Shown: one piece after another, positions 23,988 through 34,540 of the stretch
Position numbering within the stretch: position 1 is the first letter of the stretch
How the letters are laid out: each line of letters opens with the position of its first letter
IMG/VR virus record: IMGVR_UViG_3300025127_007337
Coordinates: 1 to 62,259 of that record
Strand: one strand, 5' to 3'
Source of the DNA: a virus
Taxonomy: Duplodnaviria > Caudoviricetes
DNA: 62,259 bases
Position numbers and translations under genes: made by a program
Notes under the pieces: generated by a model
What the model saw: the letters and a program-made list of their open reading frames with translations, nothing else
What the model was told of the DNA's origin: nothing
Database searches by the model: none

Positions 23988-25325
23988 ATGGCAAAAAAAA
24001 ATTATGTGATCGATACCTCGGTCTTCTTAACAGATTCTTCTTGTCTGTTCAAGTTTGGGAATAATGACTTATTTATTGCCCACAAAGTTCTGGAGGAAAT
24101 TGACAAACATAAAAAACGTCAAGACTCTGTTGGGTTCCACGCAAGACATACAATAAAAGTACTTGATGAATTGCGCGAAAAAGGCTCTTTAAGCAAAGGA
24201 CTTCGTCTTGGTAAGGGAATGGGTATCTTAAAGGTTGAAGAAGCTTCTAGGCCCCTTCCTGGCTCTTTATCAATGCGTGTTTCTGATCATCAAATACTTG
24301 GTGTTGCTCTTGCTGTTCAAGAAGCTTTTCCGAAACGAAAAACCATCGTATTATCTCGAGATATAAATATGAGAGTTATTGCTGATTCTTGCGGTTTATT
24401 GTCTGAAGATTACGAAACAGAAAAAGTAATTGAAGATATAGAAAAAATTTACACTGGTTTTATTGAAGTTGTTGTTGATGATGAATTGATTGAACAGTTT
24501 TATGATGATGAGGACGTGTATTTTGATGAACTATTTCAACAAGAGCATAAAGTTAAACTTTACCCAAACCAGTTCATTATCCTTATATCTTCATCAAATC
24601 CAAAAAAATCTGCTTTGGCAAGGTTTGTTTTAAACGAGAAGCCAATTGAAAAAATAAGAGATGATGTTACAAATTTGACTATGGGGATTTTTCCAAGAAA
24701 TAAAGAACAAAAGTTTTCTTATGATTTATTATTTGATGATTCAATAAAATTTGTTTCCTTAATTGGTAAAGCTGGTTCTGGAAAAACCCTTATGGCAATA
24801 GCTGCTGGAATGGAACAGACTCTTTCTCTTAAAAAATCAAACAACAAATATAGAAAAATTGTTGTGTCTCGACCTGTTCAGCCTTTAGGAAAAGATATTG
24901 GGTTCTTACCGGGAACAATGCACGAAAAGATGATGCCATGGCTAATGCCTATACAAGATAATCTAGAAACAATCATGGGTGAGGACAAAACTTACCTTAA
25001 TGAGTATGTTGAGAGAGGTAAGATACAAATAGAGGCTCTGACTTATATTCGTGGTCGCTCTATAAATAATGCTTTTATTGTTATTGACGAAGCTCAAAAC
25101 CTAACTGCTCATGAAGTAAAAACTATTCTAACAAGAGTTGGAGAAAACACAAAGATAGTACTAACAGGAGATATCGAACAAATTGATAATATCTATACAA
25201 ATGAAACATCAAATGGTCTAACGTATGCTGTTGAAAAATTCAAAACACAAGATATATCAGGGCATATAACATTCTTAAAGGGTGAGCGTTCAAGACTCGC
25301 AACAATATCTTCAAAAATTCTTTAG
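23988..25325 (+). CDS. phoH: PIN-PhoH (PhoH2/YlaK-like) protein
   Basis: YVIDTSV (PIN), GKAGSGKT (Walker A), IGFLPG, YIRGRS, IDEAQN, GDIEQID. Confidence 0.93.
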   Translation: MAKKNYVIDTSVFLTDSSCLFKFGNNDLFIAHKVLEEIDKHKKRQDSVGFHARHTIKVLDELREKGSLSKGLRLGKGMGILKVEEASRPLPGSLSMRVSDHQILGVALAVQEAFPKRKTIVLSRDINMRVIADSCGLLSEDYETEKVIEDIEKIYTGFIEVVVDDELIEQFYDDEDVYFDELFQQEHKVKLYPNQFIILISSSNPKKSALARFVLNEKPIEKIRDDVTNLTMGIFPRNKEQKFSYDLLFDDSIKFVSLIGKAGSGKTLMAIAAGMEQTLSLKKSNNKYRKIVVSRPVQPLGKDIGFLPGTMHEKMMPWLMPIQDNLETIMGEDKTYLNEYVERGKIQIEALTYIRGRSINNAFIVIDEAQNLTAHEVKTILTRVGENTKIVLTGDIEQIDNIYTNETSNGLTYAVEKFKTQDISGHITFLKGERSRLATISSKIL

Positions 25326-25352
25326 TTGATAAAAAAACATTCTACTTATTAC

Positions 25353-25381
25353 TTGACAAATTTATTCTATCGTGTTATAAT
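25353..25381 (+). promoter_or_regulatory. Consensus sigma70 promoter
   Basis: TTGACA-17 bp-TATAAT with CGTGT extension. Confidence 0.85.
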
Positions 25382-25402
25382 TACTATACACTTGGAGAAT
25401 AA

Positions 25403-26074
25403 ATGAATTGGTTAGAAGAGTCTGTAAAAAGATCAAAAAAACTAAGGAATCACTATATGTTAAAGGGAATTGACATTTATGTTAAAGACCAACTACCTCA
25501 AGATATTGATGTAGATTTTGCAATTAAATATGTAGCCAAACGTTTACCTGACCATGTGCTAACTAATATTGACATTATTTATATTGGACACTTTCAAGAT
25601 CTTGTAGATCGTGACGTAAATGCTCTGTGGCAAAATGGAGCCATTTATATTACGAATGACCAAGACAATGAAATGGATATGATTGATGATCTAATACACG
25701 AGATAGCACACTCAAATGAGAAACAATACGAACAAATAATTTATGAAGATGGAAAGTTAGAAAAAGAATTTTTGTATAGACGCAAGAGGCTAGCTGAGAT
25801 CCTAATAGATAAAAAGTACGGAGTCCCTCCTGGATTTATCTATAACGTAGATTATGATAAAGTTATTGATGACTTTTTGTATAGCACAGTAACATACGAT
25901 GTTCTTTGGCAATTAGTACCCGGAATATTTCCCTCACCTTATGCGGTGACTTCTTTAAGGGAATATTGGGCAAAAGGCTTTGAACAGTTCTATATGGGCA
26001 AACAACAAGAGTTAAAAGAAACTTCACCAATTTTATTTTCCAAGTTGATGCAATTATACAACTTGGAGGACTAA
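25403..26074 (+). CDS. HExxH zinc-metallopeptidase-like protein
   Basis: IHEIAH ... YAVTSLREYWAKGFE. Confidence 0.7.
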   Translation: MNWLEESVKRSKKLRNHYMLKGIDIYVKDQLPQDIDVDFAIKYVAKRLPDHVLTNIDIIYIGHFQDLVDRDVNALWQNGAIYITNDQDNEMDMIDDLIHEIAHSNEKQYEQIIYEDGKLEKEFLYRRKRLAEILIDKKYGVPPGFIYNVDYDKVIDDFLYSTVTYDVLWQLVPGIFPSPYAVTSLREYWAKGFEQFYMGKQQELKETSPILFSKLMQLYNLED

Positions 26075-26847
26075 TGCATATATCATATTCAGAACTTAAA
26101 ACATGGGCAGAGTGCGCATGGAAACACAAACTTATCTATATTGATAGAGTTAATAAGTTTGTTGGCAACGAATACACAGCTTTTGGTAGAGCCTTACACA
26201 CTCTGTGTGAACACACCATTGAAGATAAAATACAAGAAGAAGACTATGATGACTTTTTTGAAATTGTGTTTGAAAAAGAACTAATGGATCTTTTAAGAAA
26301 AAACGTTGAACTAAACGAAAAAATGACTAACGATATGCTTGACCAAGCAAAAAAAATTGCTCCTCAAATCATACCACAAGTTGTAAGCAAATTTCAAAAT
26401 TACGAAGTCTTTTCAGTTGAAGAGAGGTTATATCTTGATATTCCTGAGTTAGAGAACTGCAAGTTTAAAGGCTTTATAGATTTAGTTCTCAAAACAGAAG
26501 ATGGTAAGTACCACATAATTGATTGGAAAACTTGTTCTTGGGGTTGGGATGCTAAGAAACGTTCTGATAAATATGTAACCTATCAACTAACTCTTTACAA
26601 AAAATTCTTTTGTCTGAAGCATAATATTGATCCAAAACTAGTTGAGACACATTTTGCTCTTTTAAAAAGAACAGCAAAAAAAGATAATGTTGAAATTTTT
26701 CGCGTAACATCTGGACCTAGAAAAGTCGAAAACGCGACAAACTTACTAATTAAAGCTGTAAGATCTATATTTAATAAAGCTCACTTCAAGAACAGAGGTT
26801 CCTGCTCTTATTGTGAATTTAGAAACACAGAACATTGTCCAAGATAA
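26074..26847 (+). CDS. PD-(D/E)XK nuclease (RecB/AddB/Cas4-like)
   Basis: HISYS, GFIDLV...IIDWKT, QLTLY, C-terminal CSYC..C. Confidence 0.9.
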   Translation: MHISYSELKTWAECAWKHKLIYIDRVNKFVGNEYTAFGRALHTLCEHTIEDKIQEEDYDDFFEIVFEKELMDLLRKNVELNEKMTNDMLDQAKKIAPQIIPQVVSKFQNYEVFSVEERLYLDIPELENCKFKGFIDLVLKTEDGKYHIIDWKTCSWGWDAKKRSDKYVTYQLTLYKKFFCLKHNIDPKLVETHFALLKRTAKKDNVEIFRVTSGPRKVENATNLLIKAVRSIFNKAHFKNRGSCSYCEFRNTEHCPR

Positions 26848-26862
26848 TAGAGGAGAAAAACA

Positions 26863-27216
26863 ATGAAAATTACAAATGAACAGTTGAAGAAAATCATCAA
26901 AGAAGAATTAGACAACATTTTAAATGAAGCCGAAGCAGGAATAATAAGAGACGGTTTCATTCATCATGCTCAACAAGCAGGTGTTTACAATGTAGGTTTA
27001 AATATTAAAACTGGAGAAAAATTTACCATTGGGTATGCCTCCACACCATCAGAAAGAACAACACATGTAAAATTAAGAGTAACAAATCTTCAACTTGATA
27101 ATTTAAGTAATGTTGCATACAACATTGCTCGAGTAGCTAAAAGAGAAGGATATGATAATATCAGAGAAGACGAAATACTTGCTGCTTTAAACAGTGGTAG
27201 CATCACTCTTCCATGA
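26863..27216 (+). CDS. Putative internal head protein
   Basis: MKITNEQLKKIIKEELDNILNE leader; ACTAATTA at 26745. Confidence 0.7.
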   Translation: MKITNEQLKKIIKEELDNILNEAEAGIIRDGFIHHAQQAGVYNVGLNIKTGEKFTIGYASTPSERTTHVKLRVTNLQLDNLSNVAYNIARVAKREGYDNIREDEILAALNSGSITLP

Positions 27217-27243
27217 TAAAAATAAAAAAAAATAAAAAAAAAC

Positions 27244-27272
27244 TTGACAAAGTAAAACCAACGTGTTATAAT
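27244..27272 (+). promoter_or_regulatory. Consensus sigma70 promoter heading the glycan cluster
   Basis: TTGACA-17 bp-TATAAT with CGTGT extension and an upstream A-tract. Confidence 0.85.
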
Positions 27273-27294
27273 AGTAATAAAAAAGAGGTGACCT

Positions 27295-28539
27295 TTGTCA
27301 AAAATAAAAATATTAACACTTTCCGACCACCCTCTATCACCTTCCGGCGTTGGAACTCAAACGAAGTATTTCTGCGAGTCCCTTCTTAAAACCGGAAGGT
27401 ATTCTATTATATCATTGGGTGGCGCAATAAAACATCAAAATTATAACCAAGTTCTTGTTGATCCATATGGAGAAGATTGGAAGATAATTCCTGTTGATGG
27501 GTATGGAACTCAAGAAATGATACGTTCTATAATAAAAAATGAAAAAATAGACCTTCTGTGGTTTATGACCGATCCGCGATTTTGGGGATGGCTTTGGGAG
27601 ATTGAAAATGAAATTAGACCGCTTTGTCCAATGGTGTATCACCATGTGTGGGACAATTTTCCTGCACCTTACTTTAATCGTGACTTTTACTTATCTAACG
27701 ATCATATTGTCACTATTTCTAAAGTTACTCATGAAATTGTTAAAACTGTAGCACCAGAAGTTTCCTGCACCTATCTACCACATTCAGTAAATCCAGATGT
27801 ATTCAAGCCTTTAAGTGATAAACAAATCGAAGAGTTAAGGGATTCTTCTCTTCAAGAAGAAGAGCGATCAAAAGTTATTTTCTTTTGGAATAATAGAAAT
27901 GCGAGAAGAAAACAATCAGGAACTTTAGCTTGGTGGTTTAAAGAATGGCTTGATAAAGAAGATTTACACGATAAAGCTTGTCTTATAATGCATACAGAAC
28001 CTAAAGATCCGCACGGACAAGATTTAGAGCATATAATAAATCATCTTGGTTTAAAAAATAGACAGATAATGTTGTCTACAAGTAAAATACCACCAGAACA
28101 CCTATGCAATATTTATAATATGGCGGATTGTACTATAAATATATCAGATGCAGAAGGCTTTGGTTTGGCAACTTTAGAATCTCTTTCTTGTGGAACACCA
28201 ATCATTGCTACAATGACAGGTGGACTCCAAGAACAAGTTACAGATGGAAATGAAGAGTTTGGTATTGGTTTGATCCCAAGAGCTAAGTCTGTCATTGGAT
28301 CTCAACAAGTGCCTTATATATATGAAGATAGGGTTGATAAGGCTCAATTCCATTCCGCTCTTACCAAAATCTATAAAATGGGAAAAGAAGGTAGAAGGCA
28401 ATTAGGAACACTTGGTAGAGAACACGTTTTAAAAAATTACAACTTTGTTAATTTACAAAACAAGTGGGTTGAAATTATAGACAAAGTCATAGAAGAAAGA
28501 GGGTCATACAATGGAATTAGATTCAAGGAGGTTGCGTAA
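27295..28539 (+). CDS. GT4-family glycosyltransferase
   Basis: NRNARRK, EGFGLATLESLSCGTP (Ex7E). Confidence 0.9.
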   Translation: MSKIKILTLSDHPLSPSGVGTQTKYFCESLLKTGRYSIISLGGAIKHQNYNQVLVDPYGEDWKIIPVDGYGTQEMIRSIIKNEKIDLLWFMTDPRFWGWLWEIENEIRPLCPMVYHHVWDNFPAPYFNRDFYLSNDHIVTISKVTHEIVKTVAPEVSCTYLPHSVNPDVFKPLSDKQIEELRDSSLQEEERSKVIFFWNNRNARRKQSGTLAWWFKEWLDKEDLHDKACLIMHTEPKDPHGQDLEHIINHLGLKNRQIMLSTSKIPPEHLCNIYNMADCTINISDAEGFGLATLESLSCGTPIIATMTGGLQEQVTDGNEEFGIGLIPRAKSVIGSQQVPYIYEDRVDKAQFHSALTKIYKMGKEGRRQLGTLGREHVLKNYNFVNLQNKWVEIIDKVIEERGSYNGIRFKEVA

Positions 28540-29777
28540 TGAAAAAAAAGATATTTGTTAGAGGTCCTGTCTTATCACAATCAGGGTATGGAGAACAGTC
28601 ACGCTTTGCTTTACGAGCCTTGCGCAGTAAAGAAGAGACATTTGAAATATACATACAACCTCTTCCTTGGGGAAAGACTGGTTGGATCTGGGAAGACACA
28701 GAATTTAGAAGATGGATGGACTCGAGGATCACTGAAACACAGATCCTGCTTCAACAAAAACAACTACAACCTGATATATCGTTGCAAATAACAATACCAA
28801 ATGAATTTGAAAAAATGTGTCCTATAAACATAGCATACACTGCTGGTATTGAAACCAACAAGTGCTCACCACAATGGCTACCCAAGTGTAATGAGATGGA
28901 TAAAATACTAGTTGTTTCACAACATGCTAAAACATCAATAGCAGATACAGTAGCAAAAGCTACAAACAACCAAACAGGTCAAACTTTAGACTACAGATGT
29001 GAAAAACCAATTGAAGTTGTTTGGGAAAATACCGAACGGCATGAGCCTGAAGAAATTCCTGGACTTGATCTAAAATGCGATAAGAATTTTCTTGTGGTAT
29101 CCCAGATGGGTCCAAGAAAAAACTTTGAAAACACAGTTTGTTGGTTTGTAGAAGAGTTTATAGATCAAGAAGTTGGATTGGTTGTAAAGACTAACTTTAA
29201 AGGAAACTCAATTATAGACTTCACGCAAGTCGAAAATCATTTAAAGTCTCTACTTGAGAGATATAAAGATCGTAAGTGCAAGGTATACCTGCTTCATGGA
29301 GACTTATCACCCGGACAGATGACAAGCTTGTATTCCAATCCTAAAATTAGTGCTTTGATTAACATATCACACGGTGAAGGTTTTGGACTTCCTATGTATG
29401 AAGCTGCAAGAGAAGGCCTACCAGTAATAACTTGTGGATGGTCTGGACAGTTAGATATTTTGCAACACAATGGAAAAGATTATTTCACTTCTGTTGAGTA
29501 TACTATGCGACCTGTTCAAAAACAAGCCCACTGGAAAGGTGTTATAGAACCAGATGCTATGTGGGCTTTTGCTGATCAAGGTTCTTATAAGATGTCTCTA
29601 AGGTATGCGTCTAAAAACTTAGACAAGCTAAATCAACGAGCTTTTGAGTTAAAAGAAATAGTTAATGATAAATTTTCTGATGAAAAATTGTTTAAGATTT
29701 TTTGTGACTCCATATATGAACCTGATCCTGAACTTGAAGAGTGGCTTAAAAAATTAGAAGAGATGGATGATTTATAG
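28539..29777 (+). CDS. GT4-family glycosyltransferase
   Basis: SGYG, RKN, HGEGFGLPMYEA. Confidence 0.9.
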   Translation: MKKKIFVRGPVLSQSGYGEQSRFALRALRSKEETFEIYIQPLPWGKTGWIWEDTEFRRWMDSRITETQILLQQKQLQPDISLQITIPNEFEKMCPINIAYTAGIETNKCSPQWLPKCNEMDKILVVSQHAKTSIADTVAKATNNQTGQTLDYRCEKPIEVVWENTERHEPEEIPGLDLKCDKNFLVVSQMGPRKNFENTVCWFVEEFIDQEVGLVVKTNFKGNSIIDFTQVENHLKSLLERYKDRKCKVYLLHGDLSPGQMTSLYSNPKISALINISHGEGFGLPMYEAAREGLPVITCGWSGQLDILQHNGKDYFTSVEYTMRPVQKQAHWKGVIEPDAMWAFADQGSYKMSLRYASKNLDKLNQRAFELKEIVNDKFSDEKLFKIFCDSIYEPDPELEEWLKKLEEMDDL

Positions 29778-30481
29778 TGTTTGAGTTTGATAACTATGTT
29801 GATGATTACTTAAATAAGATCACTGACTCTTGGTTAACCCCAAGAGGAATTATGTTTTCGGAAGGTTTTGCTTTAACCACAGCTATATTTGAAACAAAAT
29901 CTAATTTGGTACTAGAATCTGGCACTGCCTATGGTGGATCTTGTGAAATGATGGCCATGATATGTGAAAAGACAAAAATACTAACAACAGATTTACACAA
30001 TATATATGACTCTGAAAACTATTCTAAAGAAAGATTGAGCAAATATTCTAATGTGTTGTGTAAAAAAGAAAACTCACTAAAACTATTTCCAGAAGTTTTA
30101 TCTAAATATACACAGAAAAACGCACTTATTTTCATTGATGGACCAAAAGGCCAAAGTGCTATTGACTTTGCTGATTATCTAATCAATAGATACCCACAGA
30201 AGATATCCTTGGTTGCTATACATGATATTAAATATGACAGTAAGAATGCTGAAACTATAAGACAAAAATATAATAATTGTATATTCACTGATGACCCCAA
30301 TGGGGTTTTTAATAGTTTTAGAGAAAAAATTGATTCGCATATGTTAGAATTAAATAAACAAAAAAGCAATTTAACAAAATCATCTTTAGATCGAGAAAAA
30401 GGTGCTGGGTACCTGCAACAAGTCTTAAAGGAAACACCTCGAGGTTTTGGACTAGCTTTGATAAAAGGACCTTTTAAATGA
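29777..30481 (+). CDS. Class I SAM-dependent methyltransferase
   Basis: VLESGTAYGGS, IFIDGPK, IHD. Confidence 0.75.
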   Translation: MFEFDNYVDDYLNKITDSWLTPRGIMFSEGFALTTAIFETKSNLVLESGTAYGGSCEMMAMICEKTKILTTDLHNIYDSENYSKERLSKYSNVLCKKENSLKLFPEVLSKYTQKNALIFIDGPKGQSAIDFADYLINRYPQKISLVAIHDIKYDSKNAETIRQKYNNCIFTDDPNGVFNSFREKIDSHMLELNKQKSNLTKSSLDREKGAGYLQQVLKETPRGFGLALIKGPFK

Positions 30482-31329
30482 AAAACATAATTTTTGTACA
30501 AGACTTCTTCGTTGAAGACATTGTGGGCGGAGCAGAACTACATGATGATGTAGTTTTGAAACACTTCGACAAATTAGACCTTTTGTATGAAAAGAAAAAA
30601 ACAACTAGTATCACAATCTCTTATTTGAAACAGAACAAAGATAAAGTATTATTTATATCTAATTTTACTGGTCTTAAAAATTATATAAAAGCTTTTATAG
30701 CAAAAGAATGTACGTATCTTATTTACGAGCATGACTATAAATTTGTTGATGTGAGGAATCCTATAATGTTTGATAATTTTATAGTACCAGAGAGGCATCA
30801 AATAAATGTAAACTTTTATAAACAAGCAAAAAAAGTTATTTGTTTATCAAAACTACACAGAAGTATTTTTGAAAAAAATCTACAACTTAATAATTTAGAA
30901 AACATAAACTGTAGTATGTGGTCTGACAAAGACCTAGATCTTTTTCATAACTTACAGGATGTACAAAAAAATGATAAATATGCTATTATAAAAAGCTACA
31001 GTCCTATTAAAAAGACAAAACAATCTATTGCATACTGTGTTAAGAAAAATTTAAAATATGATCTAATATCTTCACCTAATTATCATGAATTTATGAATAT
31101 ATTGTCTAAATATAAAGGTTTAGTTTTTATGACAGGGCACCCTGAGCCTACTCCCAGAGTAGCAATAGAAGCCAAAATGTTAAATTGTTCTTTTATTTCT
31201 CAAAAAAACCTGATAGGTGTAGCACATGAAGATTATTTTAATCTTAAAGGTGTTGATATGATAGAAGAAGTTAGACAAATGAGAGACACATCTTTAGAAA
31301 AACTAACAAGGTGGTGTAATGAAGTATAA
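30478..31329 (+). CDS. Glycosyltransferase-like (GT-B) protein
   Basis: GGAEL N-terminus; EPTPRVAIEAK (Ex7E). Confidence 0.7.
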   Translation: MKNIIFVQDFFVEDIVGGAELHDDVVLKHFDKLDLLYEKKKTTSITISYLKQNKDKVLFISNFTGLKNYIKAFIAKECTYLIYEHDYKFVDVRNPIMFDNFIVPERHQINVNFYKQAKKVICLSKLHRSIFEKNLQLNNLENINCSMWSDKDLDLFHNLQDVQKNDKYAIIKSYSPIKKTKQSIAYCVKKNLKYDLISSPNYHEFMNILSKYKGLVFMTGHPEPTPRVAIEAKMLNCSFISQKNLIGVAHEDYFNLKGVDMIEEVRQMRDTSLEKLTRWCNEV

Positions 31330-32023
31330 TATTTTAACTGTTTGCAATGAAGGTTATGCACCTTTTATTAAACTTTTTATAAATTCTTTATTTGAACTTG
31401 TTGATATTGAGAATGTAGAGAAAGTATACATATATGATACAGGACTATCTACCACAACAGTTAAGTATTTGAATCTATTTCCAAAAGTAGAAGTAGTTAG
31501 TACAGATTTAGTAACAGGCTCTAACCAGATTCATGACGAATGTTGGAAAAAAAATACCTATTCAAAAACAAAGTTTTTACTACAAATTTTGAATAAAACA
31601 AATTTGCCCACTTTTATGATCGATTCAGACTGTATATTTGTACAAGGCTTTGAAGATTTAATCGATACAGAAAATCACATTGTTGCATGCTCTAGAAATA
31701 GAAATGGATTTTCAAAACACATAGGGTCTTTTTTTGGTGCTATTGATGTTGACAATAGTATTAGTTTTTTAAACAAATGGATTGAAAACATAGATTTATT
31801 ACAAAATACTACTGATCTAAAGCACTGTGAAAGTCCAGCTTTATCAAAAACAATTAGTGAGACGCAATTTAAATTACAACAAATACAGGAGCAAATAATC
31901 TCAGCTGTGTTTCCAGATGATACATCTAGAATAATTCATTTAAAATCTGATTATTACGCAAAAACTGTAAAAGATAGATTAAGCTTGAGTCATGCGATTC
32001 GATATACAAAGAGGTATTTATAA
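31319..32023 (+). CDS. GT-A nucleotide-diphospho-sugar transferase
   Basis: YDTGL, K..FL, MIDSD (DxD). Confidence 0.7.
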   Translation: MKYNILTVCNEGYAPFIKLFINSLFELVDIENVEKVYIYDTGLSTTTVKYLNLFPKVEVVSTDLVTGSNQIHDECWKKNTYSKTKFLLQILNKTNLPTFMIDSDCIFVQGFEDLIDTENHIVACSRNRNGFSKHIGSFFGAIDVDNSISFLNKWIENIDLLQNTTDLKHCESPALSKTISETQFKLQQIQEQIISAVFPDDTSRIIHLKSDYYAKTVKDRLSLSHAIRYTKRYL

Positions 32024-32736
32024 TGTTAATGTCCGTGGTTATAACAACATTTAATAGAAGTGAAGTTTTAAAAAAAAATTTAGATTGTTTTAAGCAACAA
32101 ACTGATAAAGATTTCGAAATAGTGGTAGCAATAGATGGATCTACTGACAATACAATTAAAATGATAGAAAACTACTCTTGTGATTTTCCTATAAAGTGGG
32201 TGGACACAAAAGAAACACAAAACTATTGTTTGGCTAAAGCTAGGAATATGGGGATTATAGAAACTTCAGGATACGCAGTTGTTATTTTGGATGACGATAG
32301 TTTTCCAGTTAAAGACTTTATATCAGCACACAAACAATCAGTAAAACACAAAGTTTTAACTGGCGGTCTTAGAAACTCTCATGATCCAAATGATTCTTTA
32401 ATACCAAAAATGAAAAAAACACTAATAAAATATGGAGTTAGAAAGGTCAACCCTATAACTGAAAGAGTAGTAGAGAACAACACTTGTATGTTAAGAAAAG
32501 ATTGGCTAGGATGTGGTATGTTCTCTGAAAGATTTATAGGATATGGTGGCTGTGGTCAAGAGTTTATTGCTAGACTTGCATATCAAGGTTACAAATATCA
32601 ATTTAATCCTGATGCTATGATATACCACCACAGAGAGTTTGAAGGTGACAATGGTTTAACAAGAGAAATAAAAAACAAACAAGCCTCAGAATCAATCAAA
32701 ATTATAAATAAACATTGTTGGAGTTATAGTGCCTGA
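32023..32736 (+). CDS. GT2-family glycosyltransferase
   Basis: SVVITTFNR, IDGSTD, ARNMG, LDDD. Confidence 0.92.
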   Translation: MLMSVVITTFNRSEVLKKNLDCFKQQTDKDFEIVVAIDGSTDNTIKMIENYSCDFPIKWVDTKETQNYCLAKARNMGIIETSGYAVVILDDDSFPVKDFISAHKQSVKHKVLTGGLRNSHDPNDSLIPKMKKTLIKYGVRKVNPITERVVENNTCMLRKDWLGCGMFSERFIGYGGCGQEFIARLAYQGYKYQFNPDAMIYHHREFEGDNGLTREIKNKQASESIKIINKHCWSYSA

Positions 32737-33538
32737 AGTTGTTAGAAATATTTTTGAAGATTACGTAAAGAAAGAATTTGATCTTTTAGATTGTATAGCT
32801 GTCAATAATGGTACTTCTGCTTTGATAGCACCATTCTGGTCTATGGACTTGCAACCAGGCGATGAAGTTATCACAACTCCTTTTACTTTTATCGCAACAT
32901 CCAATGCCATCTTAATAGCAGGAGGGAAACCAGTATTTGTAGATATAGACCCAGATACTCTTTTAATAGACCCTGATAAGGTTGAAGAAGCAATAACTGA
33001 AAAAACAAGAGCAATAGCACCAGTTCATCTTTACGGAAGAGTTTGTCAGATGGAAAGGATAAATACGATTGCTGAAAAATATAACTTGATTGTTATAGAA
33101 GATACAGCCCAAGCCTTCGGAGCAACATGTCATTGTGGTAAATATGCCGGCATGATGTCAGATGTTGGAACTTTCAGTTTTTACAAAACTAAGAATATTT
33201 CAACCTTTGAAGGTGGAATGATTTGTATTCCTAAAGGAAGTAAACTGGATCATGTAAAAATTAGATCTATTTGTAACCAAGGACAAATTGGTAGATATAA
33301 TCATGAATATATTGGTTTCAATTTTAGACTAGCAGAACCTTTGTGTCTAATGGCTTATGAACAAATGAAACTACATATGAAAGGAATAAAAGCAGAACTA
33401 GGTTTGCGCGGTCCCAAACAAGGACATTACCCCAATGTAGTCTATGATCAACCAGTTTATAAAAGAAAAGGAATAACTGGTAACTGCCCAATCGCAGAAA
33501 AAATAGCAAAATCTATTAAGGATGGGACTTATGAGTAA
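32729..33538 (+). CDS. DegT/DnrJ PLP-dependent sugar aminotransferase (short form)
   Basis: NGTSAL, TPFTFIAT, EDTAQAFG, SFYKTKN..EGG. Confidence 0.9.
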   Translation: MPEVVRNIFEDYVKKEFDLLDCIAVNNGTSALIAPFWSMDLQPGDEVITTPFTFIATSNAILIAGGKPVFVDIDPDTLLIDPDKVEEAITEKTRAIAPVHLYGRVCQMERINTIAEKYNLIVIEDTAQAFGATCHCGKYAGMMSDVGTFSFYKTKNISTFEGGMICIPKGSKLDHVKIRSICNQGQIGRYNHEYIGFNFRLAEPLCLMAYEQMKLHMKGIKAELGLRGPKQGHYPNVVYDQPVYKRKGITGNCPIAEKIAKSIKDGTYE

Positions 33539-34532
33539 CAAGCATTACAATGTTGGAATAATAGGGTGTGGAGCTATTTTAGTTAGACACATTGAAGCTA
33601 TAAACAAAAATGATAATTTTTCATTAGTTTCTTTGTGTGATATTGATAAAGAAAAATATCCGTCTGACTTGCTTTCTAGAGAAAAGTTTTACGTGGACTA
33701 CAAAAACATGATTGCAGAAGAGAACATAAACTTTGTTGTAATTGCTACACCAAATAATCTTCATTACGAGCAATCTATCTATGCTTTACAAAACGGTTGT
33801 GATATTTTAGTTGAAAAACCAGCTACCTTAAACTCAAACTTAATTCAAAAAATACAACAAACTGCTGATAAATATAATCAAAAAGCCTACTGTGTCCTGC
33901 AAGTTAGACTCAATCCATCCGTCCAATTAATAAAAGGTTTATTAGACACTGGAAAACTCGGAAAAATAAGAGGAATCAATCTAACACAAAGATGGCAGAG
34001 GCCTTTATCGTATTTTAATGGCTGGCGAGGGAATCCAAAAGAAGGAGGGGGGATATTGCATGAATGCGGGATACATTATCTAGATATCTTGTGCTATTTA
34101 TTTGGAGAGCCAAAAGTTTGTTATTCTAAATACTATAATACAAAACATAAAAACTCTCCAATTGAAGATACAATTTATTCTATTGTGGATTATGGATCCT
34201 ATGGTGGAACAATAGAGGTTACAATTTCTTCTGAGCCAAAAAACATTGAATGCAGTATTACTATTTTAACAGATAAAGGTCATGTTGAAATAGGGGGTAA
34301 AGCTTTAAATAAAATAGAAAAATTTTCATTTTTAGAAAAACATTTGAATTTAATTAAAGAAAATACACTTTTATTAGAATCTAGAAACCCTAATGCTTAT
34401 GTAGGGTATGAAGGTTCTTGTCCAAACCATCCAGATCTGTATAGAAACTTGGAAAAATTTGATATTAAACAAACAAAAAAAGTAATAAACACCATAAATA
34501 AAATCTATGAAATGGCCCAACTATCTTACTAG
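33531..34532 (+). CDS. Gfo/Idh/MocA NDP-sugar 3-dehydrogenase (WlbA/WbpB-like)
   Basis: IIGCGAI, ATPNNLH, VEKP, QVRLNP, WQRP..Y, GIHYLD. Confidence 0.88.
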   Translation: MSNKHYNVGIIGCGAILVRHIEAINKNDNFSLVSLCDIDKEKYPSDLLSREKFYVDYKNMIAEENINFVVIATPNNLHYEQSIYALQNGCDILVEKPATLNSNLIQKIQQTADKYNQKAYCVLQVRLNPSVQLIKGLLDTGKLGKIRGINLTQRWQRPLSYFNGWRGNPKEGGGILHECGIHYLDILCYLFGEPKVCYSKYYNTKHKNSPIEDTIYSIVDYGSYGGTIEVTISSEPKNIECSITILTDKGHVEIGGKALNKIEKFSFLEKHLNLIKENTLLLESRNPNAYVGYEGSCPNHPDLYRNLEKFDIKQTKKVINTINKIYEMAQLSY

Positions 34533-34540
34533 GAGAGAGA

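Noticed and set aside
26074-26847. Cas4 as evidence of a CRISPR-Cas system
   Set aside because: Stand-alone PD-(D/E)XK nucleases are common in phages. No array or other cas genes are present.
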